From a phage, in sequence record PZ445456.1: a stretch of 39,315 nt of DNA; one strand, 5' to 3'. The translations under genes were made by a program, and so were the position numbers. Shown here in pieces: positions 16,910 to 25,736 of the stretch. Each line of letters begins with the position of its first letter. Within the stretch, counting starts at the first letter, position 1. The notes under the pieces were generated by a model. That model made no database searches and was not told the DNA's origin. It saw nothing but the letters and a program-made list of their open reading frames with translations.

Positions 16910-19024
16910 ATGTTACTATCCGACATCGAAACAAACGGGTTGCTGCACAACGTTAGTCAATTTCATTGTGCGGTGACTTACGACTACACAACTGACCAGT
17001 ACATCCGTTACCGACCTGATGACTTTGGGGCATACATTGATGCACTCGAAGCCGAGGTTGCTCGTGGTGGTCTCATTGTGTTCCACAACGGTCACAAGTA
17101 TGACGTTCCTGTTATCGAGAAGCTGGCGAAGCTGATTCTGAATCGTGACGTTAAGTTCCCGAAAGAGAACGTCTTGGACACATTGGTGATGTCCCGACTG
17201 ATTTACTCTAACATCAAAGACACTGATGCTGGTCTGCTGCGCTCTGGCAAGCTGCCGGGTAAACGCTTTGGCTCTCACGCTCTTGAGGCATGGGGCTACC
17301 GCTTAGGCGAAATGAAGGGTGAGTACAAGGACGACTTTAAGAAGTCACTGGAAGAGTCTGGTGATGAATACGAAGAGGGGATGGAGTGGCTGTTCTTCAA
17401 CGAAGACATGATGGAGTATAACGTTCAAGACGTTGTAGTTACTAAGGCACTCTTTGAGAAACTGTGTAGTAACACTTTCTATTTCCCGAACGAGACACCC
17501 GCTGGAAGCACAGAAGCAGAACGTTTCTGGAACGGTAGCCTTGAGGCTGTCAAGCTGGAACATGATGCTGCTTGGTTGTTAGCTAAGATGGAACGTAATG
17601 GTTTCCCTATTGACATCAAGTCCTTAGAGAATCTTTACGCTGAACTAGCTGGTCGCCGTGGTGAACTTCTGGTCGAACTGACCAACACTTTCGGTTCATG
17701 GTATCAGGCCAAGGGTGGCGTTGAGGCATTCCGTCATCCGAGAACTGGTAAGCCGCTCACTAAATATCCTCGTGTGAAGTATCCGAAACAGGGTGGCATC
17801 TTTAAGAAGCCAAAGAACAAGAAGCAACGTGAAGGTCTGGAACCTTGTGAACTGGACACTCGTGATTATGTAGAGGGCGCTCCGTATACGCCTGTAGAGC
17901 ACGTTGTGTTTAACCCTGCAAGTCGTGACCACATCACCCGTGTGCTTACCAAAGCTGGATGGGTTCCCGTTGAGTTCACTCCGAGTGGTGCACCAAAGGT
18001 AGACGATGAGGTATTGGAACACGTTAAGGTAGACGACCCGGATGCACAGCGTTGCATTGAGTTGATTAAAGAATACCTTATGATTCAGAAACGTATTGGT
18101 CAGGTTGCTGAAGGTGACAACGGCTGGCTCCGAATGATTGGAGACGATGGTCGTATTCACGGTAGCGTTAACCCGAACGGTGCGGTAACTGGACGTGCAA
18201 CTCATAGTTTCCCTAACGTGGCACAGGTGCCTTCAATCCGTGCTGCATATGGTGAACCTTGCCGTGCTGCTTTCGGTGCCGAGCACAACATGAAAGATGG
18301 TAAGCCAGACCCTTGGATTCAAGTTGGTGTGGATGCATCCGGCCTTGAGCTACGCTGCTTGGGTCACTTCATGTATCGCTATGATGAGGGAGAGTACGTT
18401 GAGACTATCCTCACTGGTGACATCCATACGAAGAACCAATTGGCTGCGGGTCTACCAACTCGTGACAACGCTAAGACGTTTATCTATGGGTTCCTCTATG
18501 GTGCTGGTGCTGCAAAGATTGGACAGATTGTTGGTGGTACTGCCGAAGATGGTAAGCGCCTCATCAAGAACTTCCTTGAGCAAACTCCGGCTATCGCTGC
18601 GTTGCGTGAAGCAATCACAGGTACACTCGTCAAGGACTCTAAGTGGGTTGGCGGTGAACAGAAAGTAACTTGGAAACGCCGTTGGGTTCGTGGCTTGGAT
18701 GGTCGTAAAGTACACGTCCGTAGTCCCCACGCTGCGTTGAACACCTTGTTGCAATCTGCTGGTGCTCTGATTTGTAAACTGTGGATTGTAGAGACTGAGC
18801 GTCTGTTACTGGAAGCTGGCCTGAAGCATGGCTGGGATGGTGACTTTGCGTACATGGCTTGGGTCCACGACGAAATTCAGGTAGCTGCTCGTACACAAGA
18901 GATTGCCGATAAGATTGTCGAGTTGGCACAACAAGCGATGCGTAATGTGGGAGACCACTTTAACTTTAGATGTCAGTTAGATACCGAAGGTAAGACTGGC
19001 GCAAACTGGAAAGATTGTCACTAA
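16910..19024 (+). CDS. 5: DNA polymerase (family A) with thioredoxin-binding insert, 704 aa
   Basis: Exo motif LSDIETNGL; LIVFHNGHKYDVP; thioredoxin-binding loop HPRTGKPLTKYPRVKYPKQGGIFKKPKNKKQREG; pol motifs NAKTFIYGFLYGAG, YMAWVHDEIQV match T7 gp5. Confidence 0.98.
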   Translation: MLLSDIETNGLLHNVSQFHCAVTYDYTTDQYIRYRPDDFGAYIDALEAEVARGGLIVFHNGHKYDVPVIEKLAKLILNRDVKFPKENVLDTLVMSRLIYSNIKDTDAGLLRSGKLPGKRFGSHALEAWGYRLGEMKGEYKDDFKKSLEESGDEYEEGMEWLFFNEDMMEYNVQDVVVTKALFEKLCSNTFYFPNETPAGSTEAERFWNGSLEAVKLEHDAAWLLAKMERNGFPIDIKSLENLYAELAGRRGELLVELTNTFGSWYQAKGGVEAFRHPRTGKPLTKYPRVKYPKQGGIFKKPKNKKQREGLEPCELDTRDYVEGAPYTPVEHVVFNPASRDHITRVLTKAGWVPVEFTPSGAPKVDDEVLEHVKVDDPDAQRCIELIKEYLMIQKRIGQVAEGDNGWLRMIGDDGRIHGSVNPNGAVTGRATHSFPNVAQVPSIRAAYGEPCRAAFGAEHNMKDGKPDPWIQVGVDASGLELRCLGHFMYRYDEGEYVETILTGDIHTKNQLAAGLPTRDNAKTFIYGFLYGAGAAKIGQIVGGTAEDGKRLIKNFLEQTPAIAALREAITGTLVKDSKWVGGEQKVTWKRRWVRGLDGRKVHVRSPHAALNTLLQSAGALICKLWIVETERLLLEAGLKHGWDGDFAYMAWVHDEIQVAARTQEIADKIVELAQQAMRNVGDHFNFRCQLDTEGKTGANWKDCH

Positions 19025-19039
19025 TACAGGAGGCCGCTT

Positions 19040-19267
19040 ATGGCATGGCGATACAGGATTCGGGAAGTCCGAATGACTACAGGTGAGACTTTATATTACC
19101 CGCAGTTCCGTCATGAGTGGTTCCCGTTCTGGTGCCACTTTAAGGACTACCCGGAAGAACGAAGGGTGTCATTCACTTACTACAGTGATGCGCTTGAGTT
19201 CGTCAATGAGTCTAAATCCACTGATGAACCTGAAGTAAAACAGGTTGTCAAGAATCATTATCTTTAA
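19040..19267 (+). CDS. Hypothetical aromatic-rich small protein, 75 aa (gene 5.3 position)
   Basis: RBS AGGAGG; MAWRYRIREVRMTTGETLYYPQFRHEWFPFWCHFKDYPEERR...; not HNH-like. Confidence 0.5.
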   Translation: MAWRYRIREVRMTTGETLYYPQFRHEWFPFWCHFKDYPEERRVSFTYYSDALEFVNESKSTDEPEVKQVVKNHYL

Positions 19268-19278
19268 GGAGAAACATC

Positions 19279-19572
19279 ATGGCTATTACTAAACGTTTTA
19301 AAGTATCGTTCGAAATTACAGTAAAGGTTGACTCTGAGACTGAAGTTATGATTCAGGAACGAATCCTAGACTTGGCTCGCAGTGTTCGTGATGGCGAGAA
19401 AGTTAGCGCACAGGACAAAGAGTTGCTTGTTCAGGCTCTGACTTACGGTGCAGATGGTGCTGTGGCCTTTGCTGTTAAGCAGGGTGTCCGTAATGAAATC
19501 CGTGAGATGGGCATTGAGCACCACGGAGAGGGCATTAAGTTTGCACCAGCAACTATCCGTGAGGTGAAGTAA
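19279..19572 (+). CDS. 5.5: Gene 5.5 protein (H-NS-binding family), 97 aa
   Basis: MAITKRFKVSFEITVKV...LVQALTYG...KFAPATIREV matches T7 gp5.5 (MAMTKKFKVSFDVTAKM...SPATVREVF). Confidence 0.85.
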   Translation: MAITKRFKVSFEITVKVDSETEVMIQERILDLARSVRDGEKVSAQDKELLVQALTYGADGAVAFAVKQGVRNEIREMGIEHHGEGIKFAPATIREVK

Positions 19573-19781
19573 TGGGTGAATATCTACGTGTACTGGCGGC
19601 TATCAAAAGCTGCCCTAAGACCTTTCAGTCGAACTATGTGCGCAACAATGCGTCACTGGTGGCTGAGGCTGCGAGCCGTGGTCATATCTCTTGCCTATCA
19701 GTCGATGGGCGTAATGCTGGCGCTTGGGAAGTAACAGGCGCTGGTGTCCGATTCCTGAAGAAGATGGGAGGTTGCGTATGA
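19572..19781 (+). CDS. 5.7: Gene 5.7 protein, 69 aa
   Basis: YLRVLAAIKSCPKTFQSNYVRNNASLVAEAASRGHISCL...RFLKKMGGCV is near-identical to T7 gp5.7 as recalled. Confidence 0.88.
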   Translation: MGEYLRVLAAIKSCPKTFQSNYVRNNASLVAEAASRGHISCLSVDGRNAGAWEVTGAGVRFLKKMGGCV

Positions 19782-19957
19782 GTCTGCACACAGACAACGT
19801 TACAGTTACCCGTGAGGCGTGGAATGACATGCAAGCATACATTCAGTCACTTGAGAAAGACCAAGAGTTCCTGAATGCTCTGAGAGCCTGTGGCGTGGAC
19901 AATTGGGATGGTTATTCAGATGCCATCGAGATGGTCTACGGGGAGGATGACTTATGA
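19778..19957 (+). CDS. 5.9: Gene 5.9-like protein (RecBCD inhibitor family), 59 aa
   Basis: MSLHTDNVTVTREAWNDMQAYIQSLEKDQEFLN... resembles T7 gp5.9 (..VWNDIQGYIDSLERENDSLKN); ATGA overlaps with 5.7 and gene 6. Confidence 0.7.
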   Translation: MSLHTDNVTVTREAWNDMQAYIQSLEKDQEFLNALRACGVDNWDGYSDAIEMVYGEDDL

Positions 19958-20868
19958 GCGCAATTACACTGAAGGAGTTCTACGAGTTACGCCAAGGGAA
20001 ATCCGATAAGGGTGTTCTCGTAATGGATGGCGACTGGCTGGTATTCCAAGCGATGGCAGCAAGTGAAGTCGAGACCGATTGGGGTGACGATGTGTGGACC
20101 TTAGAGTGTGACCACGGGAAAGCGTGGAACATTCTGGTTGACTCTATCAAGTCCTATTCGAGCCGCAAGAAGGCTTGGCGTGATGCACCTATCGTACTGG
20201 CCTTCACTGACGCTGTAAACTGGCGTAAGGAACTGGTGGACCCAACCTATAAGGAGAACCGCAAGGCATCCCGTAAGCCTGTAGGCTACCGTGCGTTCGT
20301 CGAGCGTGTCCAAGCCTTTGAGGACTGGACGTCTATCCTTGAGGACCGACTTGAGGGTGATGACGTAATGGGAATCATCGGGTCTGGTGCTAAACATTTT
20401 GGTTTCAAGAAGGCTGTTCTGGTCTCCTGTGATAAGGACTTTAAGACCATCCCTGATTGTGACTTCTTGTGGTGCACAACTGGTAACATCTTGACTCAAG
20501 ACCGGACCACTGCTGACTACTGGCATATCTATCAGACCATTAAAGGTGACTTGACAGATGGTTATGGTGGCATTCCGGGCTGGGGCGAGACTACCGCTGA
20601 GTGGCTTGAGAACCCGTATGCCTTTGAACAGGTTGAGAAAACCTTTAAGTCTGGTGCCCGTAAGGGTCAGACAGTTCTCGAATGGAAGAAGGTTGACATG
20701 GGTGAGCGGACCCTATGGGAAGCCATTGTGACACTTGGCGCGAAAGCTGGGATGACCGAAGAGGAAATCATTAAGCAGGGCCAGATGGCTCGCATCCTGC
20801 GTTTCGAAGAGTACAACTTTATCGACAAGGAGATTTACCTATGGTCGCCGGAACAGTTGCGTTCGTAA
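19954..20868 (+). CDS. 6: 5'-3' exonuclease, 304 aa
   Basis: KGVLVMDGDWLVFQAM, APIVLAFTD.VNWRKELVDP.YK.NRKA..KPVGY, GDDVMG, VLVSCDKDFKTIPDCDFLWCTTGNILTQ, KAGMTEEEIIKQGQMARILRFEEYNFIDKEIYLW match T7 gp6. Confidence 0.95.
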   Translation: MSAITLKEFYELRQGKSDKGVLVMDGDWLVFQAMAASEVETDWGDDVWTLECDHGKAWNILVDSIKSYSSRKKAWRDAPIVLAFTDAVNWRKELVDPTYKENRKASRKPVGYRAFVERVQAFEDWTSILEDRLEGDDVMGIIGSGAKHFGFKKAVLVSCDKDFKTIPDCDFLWCTTGNILTQDRTTADYWHIYQTIKGDLTDGYGGIPGWGETTAEWLENPYAFEQVEKTFKSGARKGQTVLEWKKVDMGERTLWEAIVTLGAKAGMTEEEIIKQGQMARILRFEEYNFIDKEIYLWSPEQLRS

Positions 20869-20955
20869 TGTTCGCAATCATAGCCTTCGCTATGGTGTGG
20901 GCTGCATTTATAGCTAAGAGTGTGTAACTCTAGGCATTCTTCTCGACAGTGAAAT

Positions 20956-20978
20956 TAATACGACTCACTATTGAGAGG
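20956..20978 (+). promoter_or_regulatory. Phage RNAP promoter (phi6.5-equivalent)
   Basis: TAATACGACTCACTATTGAGAGG; perfect -17..-1. Confidence 0.75.
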
Positions 20979-21030
20979 GGTGCCTATATGATACCTACTT
21001 TAAGTTCTAACTTTAAGGAGAACATTAATT

Positions 21031-21276
21031 ATGTTAACCCCTATCAAGAAGTATATGGAGAACCCACAAGATATTCCTAATGTTCCTCGGAGTGTTATGG
21101 AGTATCTACAGGTTCAATACAATGCTGGATATGCTATTCAGTCAGGTTTAATCAACCGATTGAAACAGGCTGGATGGTCTGAAAGCTACATTGCTGGGTT
21201 CCTCGCGGGTCTCAACTATGCGTCTCAAACTCTGGACGACATGGAGGCAATCCGTAAGGAACAGGCTGAGTCGTAA
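21031..21276 (+). CDS. Gene 6.5-position protein, 81 aa
   Basis: First ORF after phi6.5 and the standard TTTAAGGAGA leader; homology to T7 gp6.5 not verified. Confidence 0.6.
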   Translation: MLTPIKKYMENPQDIPNVPRSVMEYLQVQYNAGYAIQSGLINRLKQAGWSESYIAGFLAGLNYASQTLDDMEAIRKEQAES

Positions 21277-21285
21277 GGAGGTCTT

Positions 21286-21561
21286 ATGTGCTTTTCACCA
21301 AAGATTAAGACACCTAAAGTGAACACCGAGCAAATCCGAGCTATCGACCCAGCACCACTGACTGAGGAACCGAAAGGTATTCTCTTTGGTGGTGAAGAGG
21401 ACAACGATAGCGGAACCTCTTCTGAGGTGCCAACGGGTGGCAAGAAGTCCCTGAAGGTGAAACTGGATGACTCCGTTGAGAAGTCCAAGAAGGCAGACTC
21501 CGATGCTGCCAAGAAGAAGTCCAAGTCTGGTATCCGTACCAGTGTCTTTAAGAATAAATAA
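21286..21561 (+). CDS. 6.7: Gene 6.7 virion protein, 91 aa
   Basis: MCFSPKIKTPKVNTEQIRAIDPAPLT...LKVKLDDSVEKSK matches T7 gp6.7 (MCFSPKIKTPKMDTNQIRAVEPAPLT). Confidence 0.85.
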   Translation: MCFSPKIKTPKVNTEQIRAIDPAPLTEEPKGILFGGEEDNDSGTSSEVPTGGKKSLKVKLDDSVEKSKKADSDAAKKKSKSGIRTSVFKNK

Positions 21562-21575
21562 CTAGGAGGTATATC

Positions 21576-21917
21576 ATGGGTTGGGGTAAAAAGATTAAGA
21601 AGGCTGTCAAGAAAGTAACCAAGCCTGTAGAGAAAGCTGTTAAGCAGGTCGGTAAGGCTGGTGAAGACATCGTTAAAGGTGCTGCTGGTGTCGTTGGTGG
21701 TGTTCTGTCTGGTGGTAAACCAGATGTTCAAGTCGTTGAGACCCCTGCTGCTGTACAGGCTGCACCTCCGGCTGCACAGATTATCGAGCCACCGAGTAAA
21801 GACGATGTAGACTCCGATGATGATGCACAGACTGAATCCGGCAAGAAGAAAGCTCGTGCTGGTGGTAAGAAGTCTCTGAGTGTCGCTCGTAGTTCTGGCG
21901 GTGGTCTGAATATCTAA
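21576..21917 (+). CDS. 7.3: Gene 7.3 tail/adsorption protein, 113 aa
   Basis: MGWGKKIKKAVKKVTK...AQTESGKKKARAGGKKSLSVARSSGGGLNI matches the T7 gp7.3 C-terminus. Confidence 0.85.
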   Translation: MGWGKKIKKAVKKVTKPVEKAVKQVGKAGEDIVKGAAGVVGGVLSGGKPDVQVVETPAAVQAAPPAAQIIEPPSKDDVDSDDDAQTESGKKKARAGGKKSLSVARSSGGGLNI

Positions 21918-21930
21918 TTAAGGAGGCACT

Positions 21931-23538
21931 ATGGCAAGCTCACAGAAACGTGAAGGCTTCGCGGAGAATGGTGCCAAGGCGGTGTATGACGCATTGAAGA
22001 ACGACCGGAACTCCTATGAGACCCGTGCGGAAAACTGTGCGAAGTACACCATCCCTTCGTTGTTCCCCAAAGACTCCGACAACGCCTCTACTGACTACAC
22101 CACTCCGTGGCAAGCAGTTGGCGCTCGTGGCTTGAACAACTTGGCCTCTAAGCTCATGCTCGCTCTGTTCCCTATGCAGACGTGGATGAAGCTGACAATC
22201 TCTGAGTTCGAAGCGAAACAATTGGTTGCACAACCAGCCGAACTAGCGAAGGTCGAAGAAGGTCTCTCAATGGTCGAGCGAATCTTGATGAACTACATCG
22301 AGTCCAACTCGTACCGTGTGACACTCTTTGAGACCCTCAAGCAGTTGGTCGTTGCAGGTAACGCTCTGCTCTACATTCCTGAACCTGAAGGTGCTTACAA
22401 TCCCATGAAGCTATACCGCCTGTCTTCTTATGTTGTCCAACGAGACGCATTCGGCACGGTGCTACAGATTGTAACCTTAGATAAGACTGCCTATGCAGCA
22501 CTTCCAGAAGACGTGCGAAACGCTATGGACTCCGGTCAGGAACATAAAGGCGACGAAATGATTGATGTGTACACTCACATTTATCTTGACGAAGAAACAG
22601 GAGAATACCTCAAGTACGAAGAGATTGATGGTGTCGAAGTCGAAGGTACAGATGCTTCTTATCCGGTGGACGCTTGTCCTTATATCCCGGTTCGCATGGT
22701 ACGCATTGATGGAGAATCATATGGTCGCTCTTACTGTGAGGAATACTTAGGTGACTTACGGTCCCTTGAGAACCTCCAAGAAGCTATCGTTAAGATGTCA
22801 ATGATTAGTGCAAAAGTTATCGGCTTGGTTAACCCTGCTGGTATCACACAGGTTCGTCGTTTGACCAAAGCACAGACAGGTGACTTCGTGTCCGGTCGTC
22901 CAGAAGACATCTCGTTCCTTCAGCTTGAAAAGGCCGCAGACTTCTCTGTAGCGAAAGCTGTGAGTGAACAGATTGAGGGCCGACTGTCCTATGCCTTTAT
23001 GCTTAACTCCGCTGTTCAACGTACTGGTGAGCGTGTGACTGCCGAAGAGATTCGATATGTCGCATCTGAACTCGAAGATACCCTTGGTGGTGTCTATTCG
23101 ATTCTCTCACAGGAACTTCAGTTGCCAATGGTTCGTGTCCTGCTGAAGCAACTTCAAGCGACCAATCAGATTCCTGAGTTACCGAAAGAGGCCGTTGAGC
23201 CTACTATCAGTACCGGGATGGAAGCATTGGGTCGTGGTCAAGACCTCGATAAGCTGGAACGCTGTATTGCTGCGTGGTCTGCGCTGGCTCCTATGCAGGG
23301 AGACCCGGACATCAACATTGCGACCATTAAGTTGCGCATTGCGAACGCTATCGGCATCGACACTTCTGGTATCCTCAAGACACCTGAAGAGAAACAACAG
23401 GAGATGGCTGAGGCTGCTCAAGGTACTGCACTGGAGAACGCTGCTGCATCTGCTGGTGCTGGTGCTGGTGCACTTGCTACTGCAAGCCCTGAGAACATGC
23501 AAGCTGCTGCTGAACAGGCTGGAATGGTTCCAAATTAA
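21931..23538 (+). CDS. 8: Head-to-tail connector (portal) protein, 535 aa
   Basis: Full-length collinear match to T7 gp8 (YTIPSLFPKDSDNASTDYTTPWQAVGARGLNNLASKLMLALFPMQTWM, LGDLRSLENLQEAIVKMSMIS, TGERVTAEEIRYVASELEDTLGGVYSILSQELQLP). Confidence 0.97.
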   Translation: MASSQKREGFAENGAKAVYDALKNDRNSYETRAENCAKYTIPSLFPKDSDNASTDYTTPWQAVGARGLNNLASKLMLALFPMQTWMKLTISEFEAKQLVAQPAELAKVEEGLSMVERILMNYIESNSYRVTLFETLKQLVVAGNALLYIPEPEGAYNPMKLYRLSSYVVQRDAFGTVLQIVTLDKTAYAALPEDVRNAMDSGQEHKGDEMIDVYTHIYLDEETGEYLKYEEIDGVEVEGTDASYPVDACPYIPVRMVRIDGESYGRSYCEEYLGDLRSLENLQEAIVKMSMISAKVIGLVNPAGITQVRRLTKAQTGDFVSGRPEDISFLQLEKAADFSVAKAVSEQIEGRLSYAFMLNSAVQRTGERVTAEEIRYVASELEDTLGGVYSILSQELQLPMVRVLLKQLQATNQIPELPKEAVEPTISTGMEALGRGQDLDKLERCIAAWSALAPMQGDPDINIATIKLRIANAIGIDTSGILKTPEEKQQEMAEAAQGTALENAAASAGAGAGALATASPENMQAAAEQAGMVPN

Positions 23539-23558
23539 TACGACTCACTAATGGGAGA
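23536..23558 (+). promoter_or_regulatory. Phage RNAP promoter (phi9-equivalent)
   Basis: TAATACGACTCACTAATGGGAGA; overlaps the gene 8 stop codon. Confidence 0.75.
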
Positions 23559-23614
23559 GACAATACGTCCTCCCTTTGAGTTCAACTTTATGAAATCTAA
23601 AGGAGATAACAATT

Positions 23615-24526
23615 ATGGCTGGTGAATCTAACGCTGACGTATACGCATCTTTTGGTGTGAACTCTGCGGTTGTTGGTGGGTCTACTCCTACTGAACACGA
23701 ACAGGCTATGCTTGAACTCGATGTTTCTGCCCGTGACGGCGATGATGCAATCGAGCTAGTTAGCAACGATGACCCTTATGGCAATCCAGACCCATTCGGT
23801 GAAGAGGATGAGAGTCGTACTGAGATTCGCATCTCCACTGATGGTGAACCTGAAGTAACCGAAGAAGGTGAAATCGACTATGAAGGAACCGAAGATGAAG
23901 GCTCCGAAGAGTTTGAACCAGTTGGTGACGTTCCAGATGAACTGAACGAAGCCTCAAGTCAACTCGAAGAGCACGAAGCTGGTTTCGAAGAGATGGTCAA
24001 TCAGGCTGCTGAACGTGGTCTGTCAGAAGAAACCATCGTGCGCATCCAACAGGAATACGGAGAGGACGGTCTGTCTGAAGAGTCTTACGAAGAGTTAGCC
24101 AAAGCTGGTTACTCCAAGTCGTTTGTTGACTCCTACATCCGTGGTCAGGAAGCACTGGTAGAACAGTATGTTCAGTCCGTTATGGAGTACGCTGGCGGTG
24201 AAGCACAGTTCCAAGCAATCTACAATCATCTCGAAGTGTCCAACCCGGATGCTGCTGAGTCTCTGATTAGTGCATTGGAGAACCGTGACCTCGCAACAGT
24301 TAAAGCTATCGTGAATCTCGCTGGTGCAAGCCGTGCGAAGACTTTCGGTAAACCTGCTGCCCGTAGTATCTCTAAACGTGCTGTACCTGCTGCGCCTGTA
24401 CGTGCCAAACAGTCTGGCTTTGAGTCACAGGCTGAGATGATTGCTGCAATGTCTGACCCTCGCTATCGCCACGACAGTAAGTTCCGTGCGGAAGTTGAGC
24501 GTAAGATGATGTACAGTCAGTTCTAA
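23615..24526 (+). CDS. 9: Capsid assembly (scaffolding) protein, 303 aa
   Basis: ESNADVYASFGVNSAV, acidic Glu/Asp-rich centre, SYIRGQEALVEQYV, NRDLATVKAI.NLAG.SRAK, MSDPRYR match T7 gp9. Confidence 0.95.
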   Translation: MAGESNADVYASFGVNSAVVGGSTPTEHEQAMLELDVSARDGDDAIELVSNDDPYGNPDPFGEEDESRTEIRISTDGEPEVTEEGEIDYEGTEDEGSEEFEPVGDVPDELNEASSQLEEHEAGFEEMVNQAAERGLSEETIVRIQQEYGEDGLSEESYEELAKAGYSKSFVDSYIRGQEALVEQYVQSVMEYAGGEAQFQAIYNHLEVSNPDAAESLISALENRDLATVKAIVNLAGASRAKTFGKPAARSISKRAVPAAPVRAKQSGFESQAEMIAAMSDPRYRHDSKFRAEVERKMMYSQF

Positions 24527-24528
24527 AT

Positions 24529-24551
24529 TAATACGACTCACTATTGGGAGA
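24529..24551 (+). promoter_or_regulatory. Phage RNAP promoter (phi10-equivalent, major capsid promoter)
   Basis: TAATACGACTCACTATTGGGAGA, exact consensus; predicted start at G24546. Confidence 0.85.
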
Positions 24552-24604
24552 CACATCCAGATTGAGTGAGGTCTGGTCTGAAGGTTCGAGTCCTTCGTGT
24601 TTCC
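24548..24604 (+). other. tRNA-like structured element in the gene 10 mRNA leader (acceptor-like stem, one 5-bp hairpin, canonical T-arm; no D-arm)
   Basis: GAGACAC (24548-54) pairs with GTGTTTC (24597-603) as a 7-bp stem; CCAGA-ttgagtgagg-TCTGG (24557-76); GAAGG-TTCGAGT-CCTTC (24580-96), a canonical T-stem/T-loop. Not a standard tRNA. Confidence 0.4.
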
Positions 24605-24692
24605 TTTGAGTGATACACAATGAGAACCAACTCGTTTCAAGTAGTACCTCACATTTAAACTTTTATCATAAATCAACAGAAGGAGATTCAAC

Positions 24693-25736
24693 ATGGCTAA
24701 CATGAATGGTGGACAACAGATGGGTAAAGACCAAGGTAAAGGCATGAGCGCTGGTGATAAACTGGCTCTGTTCCTGAAGGTCTTCGGTGGTGAAGTTCTG
24801 ACTGCATTTACCCGTACCTCCGTAACTATGAACAAACACCTTGTGCGTTCTATTCAGTCCGGTAAGTCCGCGCAGTTCCCTGTGCTGGGTCGTACCAAAG
24901 CTGCTTACCTGCAACCGGGTGAGAACCTCGATGACAAACGTAAAGACATGAAGCACACTGAGAAGACCATTAACATTGATGGTTTGCTGACTGCTGACGT
25001 TCTGATTTACGACATCGAAGACGCAATGAACCACTATGACGTGCGTTCTGAGTACACTGCACAGTTGGGCGAGTCTCTGGCTCTGGCTGCTGATGGCGCA
25101 GTTCTGGCTGAAATGGCTAAGCTGTGTAACCTCCCGGCTAAAAACAACGAGAACATCGCTGGCTTGGGTACTGCAAGTGTTCTGGAAGTTGGTGAAGCAG
25201 CTACGCTTCAGGGCGACCAAGTGAAGCTGGGTCAGGCAATCATCGCACAGTTGACTCTGGCTCGTGCACGTCTGACTAAGAACTATGTTCCGTCTGCTGA
25301 CCGTACCTTCTACACGACTCCTGATAACTACTCCGCGATTCTGGCTGCTCTGATGCCTAACGCTGCAAACTATCAGGCACTGATTGACCCGGCAACTGGT
25401 TCTATCCGCAACGTAATGGGCTTTGAAGTTATCGAAGTTCCACACTTGACCGCTGGTGGTGCTGGTGAAGACCGTCCAGAAGAAGGCGCTAACCCGACTG
25501 ATCAGAAACATGCGTTCCCTGAGACAGCTAGTGGTGACACTAAGGTTGCTCTGGATACCGTTGTCGGCCTGTTCTGCCACCGCTCTGCCGTTGGTACTGT
25601 GAAGCTGAAAGACATGGCGCTGGAACGTGCTCGTCGTGCTAACTATCAGGCTGACCAGATTATCGCTAAGTACGCGATGGGTCACGGTGGTCTGCGCCCT
25701 GAAGCTGTAGGTGCGCTGGTTTTCAAAAAGGCTTAA
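24693..25736 (+). CDS. 10A: Major capsid protein 10A, 347 aa
   Basis: Full-length match to T7 gp10A (GGQQMG, GDKLALFLKVFGGEVLTAF.RTSVT, SGKSAQFPVLGRT, LTADVLIYDIEDAMNHYDVRSEYT.QLGESLA, AILAALMPNAANY.ALIDP..GSIRNVMGFEV.EVPHLTAGGAG, IIAKYAMGHGGLRPEA). Confidence 0.98.
   Translation: MANMNGGQQMGKDQGKGMSAGDKLALFLKVFGGEVLTAFTRTSVTMNKHLVRSIQSGKSAQFPVLGRTKAAYLQPGENLDDKRKDMKHTEKTINIDGLLTADVLIYDIEDAMNHYDVRSEYTAQLGESLALAADGAVLAEMAKLCNLPAKNNENIAGLGTASVLEVGEAATLQGDQVKLGQAIIAQLTLARARLTKNYVPSADRTFYTTPDNYSAILAALMPNAANYQALIDPATGSIRNVMGFEVIEVPHLTAGGAGEDRPEEGANPTDQKHAFPETASGDTKVALDTVVGLFCHRSAVGTVKLKDMALERARRANYQADQIIAKYAMGHGGLRPEAVGALVFKKA

Noticed and set aside
21561-21576. Missing gene 7 and gene 7.7 (and no Ocr or 3.8 HNH) as possible assembly deletions
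   Set aside because: Flanking genes abut with normal RBS spacing and no disrupted frames, so these look like genuine lineage differences (T3-like content) rather than gaps.
24548-24604. Possible bona fide tRNA gene in the gene 10 leader
   Set aside because: Only about 57 nt, with no D-arm, a 10-nt rather than 7-nt anticodon-position loop, and no encoded CCA; kept as a tRNA-like structured element rather than a tRNA gene.
24666-25685. 339-aa ORF on the minus strand antisense to the major capsid gene; other long antisense ORFs at 6880-7515, 10098-10673, 31788-32432 and 33511-34047
   Set aside because: All lie entirely inside well-supported + strand genes with strong homology. T7-group genomes are transcribed from one strand only, and these have no RBS or promoter context, so they are stop-codon-poor antisense frames rather than genes.
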